Shown here: one piece after another, positions 47,859 to 56,555 of the stretch
Layout of the letters: every line of letters starts with the position of its first letter
How positions within the stretch are numbered: position 1 is the first letter of the stretch
Assembly: GCA_052035915.1 (NCBI GenBank)
Contig: JBPOHE010000007.1
Span: 1 to 60,613 of the forward strand
DNA: 60,613 nt
Source of the DNA: Pseudomonadota bacterium
GTDB lineage: Bacteria > Pseudomonadota > Gammaproteobacteria > Chromatiales > Chromatiaceae
Reading direction: 5' to 3'
The notes under the pieces: generated by a model
What the model was told of the DNA's origin: nothing
The model's input: only the letters and a program-made list of their open reading frames with translations
The model's database searches: none
Made by a program: the position numbers and the translations under genes

Positions 47859-49592
47859 CTATTTGAGTGGCCAGACGGCCGCCAGATAGTTCCAGTTGAT
47901 GAAATAATACAGCACAAAGGACACCAGCAAGACCATGGCGAGGGCAAAAGTACCAGGCGCTTCGAAACCCGCCGAGCCGTGCTGTTCCACCACCGGCCGG
48001 CTGGCCATGGGCAGTTGCTCCGGCTGCTCGAAGGTATAGACAGAAGCCGCAAGCGGCTTGCCGAAGCTCTGCAGCAACCCCGCGGAAGGCTCCAGCTTCT
48101 TGCCGAACACCAGCGAACCCACGGTGACGATGAGGTACATGGCGCCGCCGACCATCGCCAGGAGGGCACCGATTCCGGCGATACCCATCAGCACATAGGC
48201 GGTCCCCGGATACTTGAAGCCCAAAGGATTGCCCGCAAAGCCCATGTCCCAGTGGCGACGGGCCACTCCCAGGGTACCCGCGCCCATGAGGAACAAGGAC
48301 ACGATAGTCATGCCTAGACCGAAGACATAGGGCTGCCATTTCGCCACCGTGGGCAGGATCATCTGGCGACGGAACAAAACCGGGATCAGCAGGTAAGTCA
48401 GGGCCATGAAGGCCAGGGTGGTGCCTATAACGACCGTGGCATGGAAGTGGCCCGGTACATAGATGGTGTTGTGGATGATGATGTTGATCTGCTCGGTACC
48501 CATCACCACACCTGAGATGCCACCCAGGAAACCAAAACCTACCAGCGAGATGAACATGCCCGAGAACACCGGATTATCCCAGGGGGCCTTGCGCAACCAC
48601 TCGAACATACCCTTGGTGAATCCCTTGTGTCGCTGGGCCACCTCGATGGCGCCAGGGACGGTCAGGCCGTGGATCATGCTGGCCAGCACCGCCAGATACA
48701 TGGCATAGCTGGTGTTGAATACCTTCCACTCGGAGCTGATACCCGGATCCACCAGGATGTGGTGGGCGCAGGCCAGTTGCAGGAAGAGGATGTAGAGCAG
48801 ATAGGCCGAACGGCTGACCTTCTCCGACATGGGCCGGGCGCCGAAGACCACACCCGCGATCAGATACCACACGGCCACATGGGCGGCGACGTTGATCTGT
48901 TGGGAGGAGTGCCCGAGGCCCCACCAGATGACCCGGTACATCAGGGCGTCGATGTGGCCGATGTAGCCGATGGACCAGAGGAAGGTCGGGATCAGAATGA
49001 TCGCCCCCGAGGCGATGGTGAAGACGGCGATGATAGCCGCGGTGATGGCGCCGAAGGTCACAAGGGGCACCGAGCCCTGATAGGTGTTCTCATCCTTGGC
49101 GATGACCAGGGTGCCGAAGAACACAAACACAGCGATTAGCGCACCCACGGCGAACAAAATCAACCCGAGATAGAAGGTTGGCTGGGCGGGCATGGGCACA
49201 TAGGAAGTCATCATCACGCTGGAACCGCCCTGGAAGATGGTGACGAGGGTGGTGATGGAGCCTATTACCATGAGCGCGAAGCCGAGCCAAGCCCAGCGTG
49301 GTGTAGCCAGGCGGCAGCGCAACAGGGTCGAGGAGGCGAAATAGAGGATGGCTATTTCGAAAAAGATGATCCAGAAGATGAGCGCGCCGATGCCATGGGC
49401 GGTCAGCACCATATAGAAGGAGTCCGCCGGCAAAAGATGCACCGCCGGCCATCTGGTCAGGGCGACCAGCACCCCGAGCACACCAGAGATCAAGAGGCTC
49501 ACCGCGGCGGCGACCGCGTTGACCTTCATCAGGCTCTCGGCGGACTTATGGAAATACAGCCCTGAGGATGGGCAAACCCGAAACTCTGCCAT
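47859..49592 (-). CDS. Cytochrome c oxidase subunit I (ba3/type-B-like)
   Basis: 12 or more TM helices with the heme-copper His pattern (WGLGHSSQQINVAAHVAVWY...HFHATV). Length 577 aa. Confidence 0.85.
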   Translation of the reverse strand: MAEFRVCPSSGLYFHKSAESLMKVNAVAAAVSLLISGVLGVLVALTRWPAVHLLPADSFYMVLTAHGIGALIFWIIFFEIAILYFASSTLLRCRLATPRWAWLGFALMVIGSITTLVTIFQGGSSVMMTSYVPMPAQPTFYLGLILFAVGALIAVFVFFGTLVIAKDENTYQGSVPLVTFGAITAAIIAVFTIASGAIILIPTFLWSIGYIGHIDALMYRVIWWGLGHSSQQINVAAHVAVWYLIAGVVFGARPMSEKVSRSAYLLYILFLQLACAHHILVDPGISSEWKVFNTSYAMYLAVLASMIHGLTVPGAIEVAQRHKGFTKGMFEWLRKAPWDNPVFSGMFISLVGFGFLGGISGVVMGTEQINIIIHNTIYVPGHFHATVVIGTTLAFMALTYLLIPVLFRRQMILPTVAKWQPYVFGLGMTIVSLFLMGAGTLGVARRHWDMGFAGNPLGFKYPGTAYVLMGIAGIGALLAMVGGAMYLIVTVGSLVFGKKLEPSAGLLQSFGKPLAASVYTFEQPEQLPMASRPVVEQHGSAGFEAPGTFALAMVLLVSFVLYYFINWNYLAAVWPLK

Positions 49593-49598
49593 AGATGC

Positions 49599-50135
49599 TT
49601 ACTCCTTGACGTAGATCTTGCCCAGCATGGTGTGGTGCAAGATGCCGCAATATTCGTTACAGACGATGGTGTACTCGCCCGCCTGGTCCGGGGTCACCGT
49701 CATGACCATCTCGTAGCCCGGCAGGACCTGCACATTGATGTTGACGGGTTGCAGGGAGAAGCCGTGCTGCCAATCCATCGACGAAAGATGAAGCCGGTAG
49801 CTCTTGTTCTTTTTCAGTTCAAGCATCGGATACCATTGCCAGAGCCGGCCCAACATATAGACATCGCTGTCCGCGGGTGGAGCGACCACGGGTAACCCCG
49901 CCTCATCTCTCACCTTATGGTCCTTGACCATGGCCTCCACCTTGGCCAGGTGTTTGGCCGGTGTGGTCTGATAGGCCTCGTTGGACAGATTCTGCTTACC
50001 GTAAAGGTGCCAGTAGGGCATCATGAGGAACATGATCAGGCACCAGACTACCGCCAACAGGATCCAGACGATTTCGGTCTTGCCGACCGGTTCTTTCCAC
50101 CAGATGCGTTCGGCCGGTGGTGTAAAGCTGCTCAT
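49599..50135 (-). CDS. Cytochrome c oxidase subunit II (single-TM, CuA)
   Basis: CNEYCGILHHTM is the CuA motif. A 178-aa ba3-type CbaB-like protein. Confidence 0.8.
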   Translation of the reverse strand: MSSFTPPAERIWWKEPVGKTEIVWILLAVVWCLIMFLMMPYWHLYGKQNLSNEAYQTTPAKHLAKVEAMVKDHKVRDEAGLPVVAPPADSDVYMLGRLWQWYPMLELKKNKSYRLHLSSMDWQHGFSLQPVNINVQVLPGYEMVMTVTPDQAGEYTIVCNEYCGILHHTMLGKIYVKE

Positions 50136-50156
50136 CGGTATTTCCCCCTCTCAGAC

Positions 50157-50345
50157 TTATGGCGTAACGGGCAGGGTGACGATCTCCATGATCCCCCACA
50201 GGATGTAGAACACCGTCGGCATCACCACACCGATAAAAAGGAGCAAAAAAGGGTTATCTATCAACTTCTGCATAGCAGGAATCTTTTCCCGCTTTTCTGG
50301 GTTTGTTCTGGATGCAACATTTGGAGTCGGTTCTCCCATAGACAT
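50157..50345 (-). CDS. Small single-TM oxidase-associated subunit (IIa-like)
   Basis: A 62-aa hydrophobic protein immediately upstream of subunit II. Confidence 0.4.
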   Translation of the reverse strand: MSMGEPTPNVASRTNPEKREKIPAMQKLIDNPFLLLFIGVVMPTVFYILWGIMEIVTLPVTP

Positions 50346-50649
50346 ATCTCCTCAAAGATGGCGAAACACACAACACGGATTGGCGAAGCCCGAAGGCAGG
50401 CGAAGCTGCTTGGTTCGTTCAGACGAGGGCCGCGATGCCTTCGGATGTTGCCTTCCGATACAACCAGACAGATCGTTGTACCCCCTCAACATCCGGATGG
50501 AACAACCCTCAGATACGCGAATGAGTGTTGATTTACCCGCCACCCCGAACCTTGATCTCGATCAAGAGTTGAAAAATATTCCCTTGCGGTAAGCGGATGA
50601 GGCATTATGGGGAGTTTGATCCCTTCTCCAGTTCACGAGATTTCAGGCT

Positions 50650-51702
50650 ATGTCCGTGACCGAAACTGCTGCAAATAGAACGGTTGCCCTCTGGTTGTTG
50701 ATCTGCTGTGCCGCCATCTTCGCCATGGTGGTGCTGGGAGGGGTGACGCGGTTGACGGGCTCCGGGCTCTCCATCGTACGCTGGGAACCCATCACCGGGG
50801 TGCTGCCGCCCCTGAACGAAACCGCCTGGGAACAGGTATTCCAGCTCTATCAGCAATCGCCGGAATATCGGCTGAAGAACCGGGGGATGTCGCTCGAGGG
50901 CTTCAAAACCATCTTCTGGTTCGAATACGCCCACCGCCTGCTCGGCCGGCTGATTGGGGTCATCTTTCTCGTCCCCCTGATCTTTTTCGTGATCCGCAAG
51001 CAGCTGAACCGCTCGCTCATCCCCAAGCTGGTCCTGATGTTCGTGCTCGGTGGGCTGCAGGGCCTGCTCGGCTGGTATATGGTGATGAGCGGACTGGTCA
51101 ATGATCCCCACGTGAGCCAATACCGCCTGACCGCCCACCTCGGGCTCGCCCTTCTCATTTATTCTTATATGTTCTGGGTGGCGTTGGATCTGTTGTTTCC
51201 CGACACCGGTCACATCCAAAAAAGGGGGGCAACGGCAGGCCTGATCGTCTTGCTGGTGTTTCTGACCGCCCTTTCCGGTGGTTTCGTCGCCGGCACCCGG
51301 GCGGGTCTGGCCTACAACACCTTCCCCTTGATGGACGGCCAATGGGTTCCTGGGGGAATGTTCACCCTGACTCCCCTGTGGAGCAACTTGTTCGAGAATG
51401 TCACCACGGTGCAGTTCGACCACCGCCTGCTGGCCACCCTGCTGTTCTTGGTCATCCCGGCGTTCTGGTGGCGCGCCCGCCGACAGCCGCTCGCACCCCG
51501 GGTCCAGATCGGGCTCCATGTCCTGCTCATGACCCTATTCCTACAGCTCGGGCTGGGCATCTCCACGCTGCTGCTCCGGGTGCCGGTGGCCCTGGGAACG
51601 GCGCATCAGGGCGGTGCCGTGTTGTTGCTGACCGCGGCCCTGTTCGTCTGGCATCGAATGCGTCGGGAGCCTCTCCAGCAGCCGATCTCAGGATTTGTCT
51701 AG
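50650..51702 (+). CDS. ctaA: Heme A synthase (COX15/CtaA)
   Basis: VTRLTGSGLSIVRWEP plus 8 TM helices and conserved His pairs. Confidence 0.8.
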   Translation: MSVTETAANRTVALWLLICCAAIFAMVVLGGVTRLTGSGLSIVRWEPITGVLPPLNETAWEQVFQLYQQSPEYRLKNRGMSLEGFKTIFWFEYAHRLLGRLIGVIFLVPLIFFVIRKQLNRSLIPKLVLMFVLGGLQGLLGWYMVMSGLVNDPHVSQYRLTAHLGLALLIYSYMFWVALDLLFPDTGHIQKRGATAGLIVLLVFLTALSGGFVAGTRAGLAYNTFPLMDGQWVPGGMFTLTPLWSNLFENVTTVQFDHRLLATLLFLVIPAFWWRARRQPLAPRVQIGLHVLLMTLFLQLGLGISTLLLRVPVALGTAHQGGAVLLLTAALFVWHRMRREPLQQPISGFV

Positions 51703-51771
51703 CCGCTCGCCCTGCCTTGCCGGCGTTTTTCATCAACCGAGCCTATTACGCCACCCAGACCATCCGACTCC

Positions 51772-52446
51772 ATGATCAAGTCCAAACTCGACTTCTCCTA
51801 TAAATATGATCAGGACTTTGCCGAGCGCTATCACCAGAGTCGGGAGGAAAGCCTGGAGCGTCGCGTTGCCAGTCAACTGGAAATCCGCATGGCCCGCCGC
51901 GGTCTTCAGTTGGCGGGGCACCCCAAGTCGGTGCTCGATCTCCCCTGCGGCACGGGAAGATTCTGGTCGATGCTGGCCGAGGACCCGGAGCGCCTGCTCC
52001 TGGCTGGCGACAGCAGCCAGGCGATGATACATACCGCCATCCAGCATCACCCGGATCTTGCCCCCAGATTCCAGCTGTATCACCTGGACGCCCTCGCCAT
52101 CGATCTGCCGGATCGCTCGGTCGAAAGCGTATTCTGCATGCGTCTGCTGCATCACGTCTTCGATGTCGAGACGCGGCTACAGATCTACCGCGAATTCGCC
52201 CGGGTAAGCCGTCACACGGCCTGCATATCATTGCGGGTCACGGGGAATTTCCATGCCTGGCGGCGGCAGTACCGTCTGCGACACAGGAACCAACCCGGGA
52301 GAAACCGCACTGTGCTGGACCCGCGCCAAGCGGAGACAGAGTTCAGCATGGCGGGGTGGAAGGTGATCGGGAAGGTCGACCTGCTGCCCTATCACTCGAT
52401 GTGGCGCACCTACGTGCTGGCCCTGAAGGAGGCTCCCCAAAGCTGA
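51772..52446 (+). CDS. Class I SAM-dependent methyltransferase
   Basis: VLDLPCGTGRFW is SAM motif I. Confidence 0.75.
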   Translation: MIKSKLDFSYKYDQDFAERYHQSREESLERRVASQLEIRMARRGLQLAGHPKSVLDLPCGTGRFWSMLAEDPERLLLAGDSSQAMIHTAIQHHPDLAPRFQLYHLDALAIDLPDRSVESVFCMRLLHHVFDVETRLQIYREFARVSRHTACISLRVTGNFHAWRRQYRLRHRNQPGRNRTVLDPRQAETEFSMAGWKVIGKVDLLPYHSMWRTYVLALKEAPQS

Positions 52447-52485
52447 GTCGCCCGATCCTGGCGGCTCCGGGAAGGGGACCGCGTA

Positions 52486-52567
52486 GCAGAGTAGGTCGGC
52501 AATCCTTTGCCGACCCCCCCCCTGATCGGCATCAAATGGCGGCAAGGGGTTGCCGCCCTACGAGCTC
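52486..52567. repeat. REP-B element copy 3, flanked by a 20-bp direct repeat
   Basis: TCCGGGAAGGGGACCGCGTA lies before the element and TCCGGGAAGGAAACCGCGTA after it, consistent with a target-site duplication. Confidence 0.6.
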
Positions 52568-52666
52568 CGGGAAGGAAACCGCGTAATCGGATGGAGGCGG
52601 ACGGGGGCCACGAAGGTGTGGCTGAGAAAAAGACTCAGCAGGAATCGGTATTCGAGTTCGGGTGTT

Positions 52667-52784
52667 CCGGGCATCGACGGCCAATGGCCGATTTCCGTTC
52701 TAATACAGAGAACAATATATCAATATCTCGCGGTATTGTTCTCTAATGGAGAACAAAAACCGGCCCAACACAGCCAGGCCCGGG
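52667..52784. mobile_element. MITE-C family copy (C5)
   Basis: CCGGGCATCGACGG...CGTTCT-N6-GAGAACAAT-N20-ATTGTTCTC-N5-GAGAACA...CCGGCCCAACACAGCCAGGCCCGG. Confidence 0.5.
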
Positions 52785-52906
52785 AGGCTCTCCCAACCAC
52801 CAGGGGCCAAATCCAAATCTGATTGGCCAGTTATTTCAGCGAGAGAGGGATGTGCCGTCACTCCCCTCGCCCGTTTGCGGGAGAGGGGAGCTGGACGGTT
52901 ACAAGA

Positions 52907-54688
52907 TCACAACAACCCGGCGTAGTCGGCTATCCCCGGATTGCCTTTTACCCCCACGAGTTTCGGGCTGTTGACTTTGGCCAGCTTCACCTGGCCTTTG
53001 AGGCGGAGATAATCGGCGACCACATCCCACACCGGACGCCCGGGCGCTTGGGAGCCCACGGTGGCCCAGCCGGAGACGATATAGTTTTTCCCCGCCTCGA
53101 CCGGGGTACCGTCGTCCAGGGTCATCTGACTGATGCGCTGGCCCATCTCCCGGCTGGGATCACAGACATAATCCAGCCCCCCGACGCGCACCATATCCCC
53201 ACCCTGCTGGTAATAGGGGTCCGGATTGAACAGGTTGTCGCAGACATCTTCGAGAATGGTCTTGATGTCGGCGCCGGTCATCTCGCGTCGATAGGTTTCC
53301 GGGTAGGTGATACAGGTCTGGTCCAATACCTGTTCCATGGTGATCGCCTGTCCCGGCAGGATGCTGGTACCCCAGCGGAAGCCGGGCGAGAGGGCGATCT
53401 GAGCGTCATTGACCTCCCGCAGGGCATCGCAGATGACCTGGTCGAAAGTGCCGTTGAAGTTCCCCCGTCGATAGAGGGTGGCCTCGGTAACCGCCAGTTT
53501 CTCCTCCAGCCGATCCTTGTAAGGCGCACGCACCTTATCGATATAGGCCTGCATCTCCGGGTCGGCGGGCAGGAGGTTGGAGAACACCGGCAACAGCCGG
53601 TAGCGGAAATCCCGTACCTGTCCGCCCTTCACCTCCAAGTCCATGACGCCGAGAAACTTGCCGTTGGAACCGGCATTGGTCACCAGGGTACGCCCGTTGC
53701 GGTTCTTGATGAGGCTCGGCGCCGGCACACCGTCATGGGTATGGCCGCCGAAGATGACGTCGATACCGCTCACCCGCTCCGCCATCTTGAGGTCGACATC
53801 CATGCCGTTGTGGGAAAGCACCACTATGACTTCGGGTTTTTCCTTCGCCTTGAGCTTGTCGACGACTTCCTGCATGTGCTTGTCTTCGATGCCGAAGGTC
53901 CAATCCGGGATAAAGCGCTGCGGGTTGGCGATGGGGGTATAGGGAAAGGCCTGGCCAATGACGGCCACGCGAACCCCGCCTACCTCCTTGATGGTATAGG
54001 GGCGGAAGGCCTGGCCGCTGTCGCCGTCGAAACCCGCGTATTTGGCGAATTTGTAATCGAAGAGGGCGTCCTCCTTGACCTTGATGTTCTGCGCCACGAA
54101 CTCGGCCTTGAGCTCGGCCAGGTTCTCCATGACCTCCTGGTCCAGATAGGTGAACTCCCAATGGCCGGTCATGACATCCACGCCCAGGAGGTTGCAGGCC
54201 CCTACCATGTCCTTACCCCGGGTCCAATAGGCGGTTCCCGATCCCTGCCAGGTATCGCCGCCGTCCAATAAGAGGGTATTGCCTGGGCCCCTGGCTTCCC
54301 GCAGGCGCTTCACCAGGGTCCGCAGATGGGCGAAGCCACCAACCCGACCATAGCGCTTGGCCGCCTCATCGAAATGGAGATAGGTGAAGGCATGGGCGTC
54401 GAGGCCACCGCCGGTCAGACCATAGTGTTTCAACAGGGCCTCGCCGACCAGATGCGGCGGTTTGCCCAGGGCGGTGCCAACGCCCAGGTTGACATTGGGT
54501 TCCCGGTAATAGACTGGATTCAGCTGGGCATGGGTATCAGTGATATGCAACAGGCTCAGATTACCGAATTTGGGGACATCATAGATGTCGGCCGCCTGGG
54601 TCTTGGCGGCAGCCAAGGACCTGGGCAGGATCCCCGCCGCCCCGGCCATGGCCATCAAGTGGAGAAACTCACGTCTGGAGATACTCAT
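52907..54688 (-). CDS. soxB: Tat-secreted SoxB-like thiosulfohydrolase (metallophosphoesterase/5'-nucleotidase family)
   Basis: Tat signal MSISRREFLHLMAMAGAAG. LHITDTHAQ and LLLDGGDTWQGS metallophos motifs. VMTGHWEF. A 5'-nucleotidase C-terminal domain. Start trimmed to the ATG after GAGGAG. Generic UshA-type nucleotidase cannot be excluded. Confidence 0.65.
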   Translation of the reverse strand: MSISRREFLHLMAMAGAAGILPRSLAAAKTQAADIYDVPKFGNLSLLHITDTHAQLNPVYYREPNVNLGVGTALGKPPHLVGEALLKHYGLTGGGLDAHAFTYLHFDEAAKRYGRVGGFAHLRTLVKRLREARGPGNTLLLDGGDTWQGSGTAYWTRGKDMVGACNLLGVDVMTGHWEFTYLDQEVMENLAELKAEFVAQNIKVKEDALFDYKFAKYAGFDGDSGQAFRPYTIKEVGGVRVAVIGQAFPYTPIANPQRFIPDWTFGIEDKHMQEVVDKLKAKEKPEVIVVLSHNGMDVDLKMAERVSGIDVIFGGHTHDGVPAPSLIKNRNGRTLVTNAGSNGKFLGVMDLEVKGGQVRDFRYRLLPVFSNLLPADPEMQAYIDKVRAPYKDRLEEKLAVTEATLYRRGNFNGTFDQVICDALREVNDAQIALSPGFRWGTSILPGQAITMEQVLDQTCITYPETYRREMTGADIKTILEDVCDNLFNPDPYYQQGGDMVRVGGLDYVCDPSREMGQRISQMTLDDGTPVEAGKNYIVSGWATVGSQAPGRPVWDVVADYLRLKGQVKLAKVNSPKLVGVKGNPGIADYAGLL

Positions 54689-55064
54689 CTTCTTATCGCT
54701 CCTCATAACCATACCGGGGCTTGGTGACGGGTTATCGGGCTGTCGCCGCTTGGAAGCCTGGCTCCTCCTGCCTTCCTGGTGACAACAAGCCGAACCCGGA
54801 TATCGCCAAGTATAAGATGGCACCAGCGGGACAACATCCCAGGTCACCAAGGGTTTTCCCGGATATTCCCTCCTCTCCCCTTTCGCCACGCCGTCCTGCC
54901 CCTGTCCCCGGCCACTGGCTAAGCCGGGGAATGTGTGGAAGGATCCGGGGCGCGCCTGCTGTGAAAGTCCCTGGCCCAACCGGCGGCGGAAGCGGTTCTC
55001 TCGAACCCGGCCACCACAACAGCCAGGCGGCAACGAAACCCAAGGTCAATGAGGAGAGAAGGTC

Positions 55065-56051
55065 ATGAAATCGAAGCTTTTGCTTGGCTTGTTGTTGGCG
55101 TCGGTCCTGAGCCTGTCGGCCCATGGGGACGAAAACCAGATCCGTATCGCCGGCGGGCCGGCCACCGGCGAATATATCAATATCGCCAGATCCCTGTGCG
55201 CCTCCCTGGGAAAGCTGTTCCAGTGTCAACCGACGGAAACCGCCGGTACCCTGGACAACCGCAAGCGATTGGAGGCCGGGCAGGCGGAATTCGGCCTCGC
55301 CAAGAGTAATGCCGCGGATGACTGGATGAAGGATCCGACCTTTGCCGCCAAGCATACGATCGTGCGCCGGATCGGCGACGAATCCCTGTTCGTGTTCGCC
55401 AAACCGGAGATCCTGCAGGCCGCGGGCAGTTGGCTGGGGGTGCGCGAGAACGCCTTTCTGTTGAGCCTCGGCCTGCCGGGCGAACTCTCTGGCGATGCGA
55501 CAGTATTCAACGCCCTGAAGTCGGTGCCTGGTTCACCCCTCGCCAATATAGAGGTCAAGATGTTCCCGGATCGCCCGGCGCTGGTCGAGGCGGTAAAAAC
55601 CGGTAAGGTCAAGCTGGGTTTCATCACCCAGGTGCCCAACCCCACCAACCCCCTCTTCGCCTCCATCAATGAATCCGGGCTCATGATCATGGGCGTGGTG
55701 GATCCGGACATGATCACCTTCGGCGAGACCTTCCGCATCAAGCCGGTCACGGTGAAGAATGCCAAATGGTTCGGCCTCGGCGGCGGTGCCCATCAGATCG
55801 AGACCGCCAATGTCCCCGCCGCCATAGTCGCGGTGAAACCCGAGACCCTGCAGGGACGCGCGGCCATGGTGCAACAGGCCGCCATCAAGCGGATCCAGGA
55901 GGCCAAGGAGGCCGAGCTGCTGCCGCAGCAAAGCTGGATGCAGGAACTCGCCAATACCACTTCCTTGAAGGCCGGGGCCGGTCTGGAGAATGCCATGAAG
56001 TCCATGGAAAAGGCCGCCGCCGGGGCCAAGGAGCGGCTCGGCAAACTCTGA
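55065..56051 (+). CDS. TAXI-family TRAP solute receptor-like periplasmic binding protein
   Basis: Signal peptide. IRIAGGPATGEYINIARSL...TETAGTLDNRKRLEAGQAEFGLAKSNAA resembles the TAXI fold. No adjacent permease genes. Confidence 0.6.
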   Translation: MKSKLLLGLLLASVLSLSAHGDENQIRIAGGPATGEYINIARSLCASLGKLFQCQPTETAGTLDNRKRLEAGQAEFGLAKSNAADDWMKDPTFAAKHTIVRRIGDESLFVFAKPEILQAAGSWLGVRENAFLLSLGLPGELSGDATVFNALKSVPGSPLANIEVKMFPDRPALVEAVKTGKVKLGFITQVPNPTNPLFASINESGLMIMGVVDPDMITFGETFRIKPVTVKNAKWFGLGGGAHQIETANVPAAIVAVKPETLQGRAAMVQQAAIKRIQEAKEAELLPQQSWMQELANTTSLKAGAGLENAMKSMEKAAAGAKERLGKL

Positions 56052-56555
56052 GCCGCAAGATTGTGGCTCGCCGGAACGACCGCCTCGACCTGGCGCGTCG
56101 TCCCGGCGCAAGCCAACGCGCCCTGACCTCGGGATGAGCCAGGGGGGCAGGGTTCTGAACCACCGACGGCTCATCGACTCCCGGGCCTCCTGCTCCTCCC
56201 TCTCCCGGGGAGACGGGGTGATGATGTATGTCATTGGGAGAAGAGCCTTTCCGTGGCACCCTTGCGCTTTTCCCGAGGGACGAAGTGACCGCGCCCAACA
56301 GCCTCCGCCAAGAGAAGGGCCGTTGAGGCGATAGTTTGACAGCGGTCCTCCCGGCTTCGAGCCGGTATTCCGCGTCTGGACGAAGGTCCGCAACCAAGCG
56401 ACGAGTCACTGACGCCGAGGATCCCGGACCCGCTTGTTTGCACACCCCGGCCACAGACACAGCATCGATAATGTCGTTTTCCCTAAATACACCACCTATG
56501 CAATGGTCAGTTTAGCCCCCAGGCCCGCTCGCCCCGGCCCACAGGAACATCTCCC

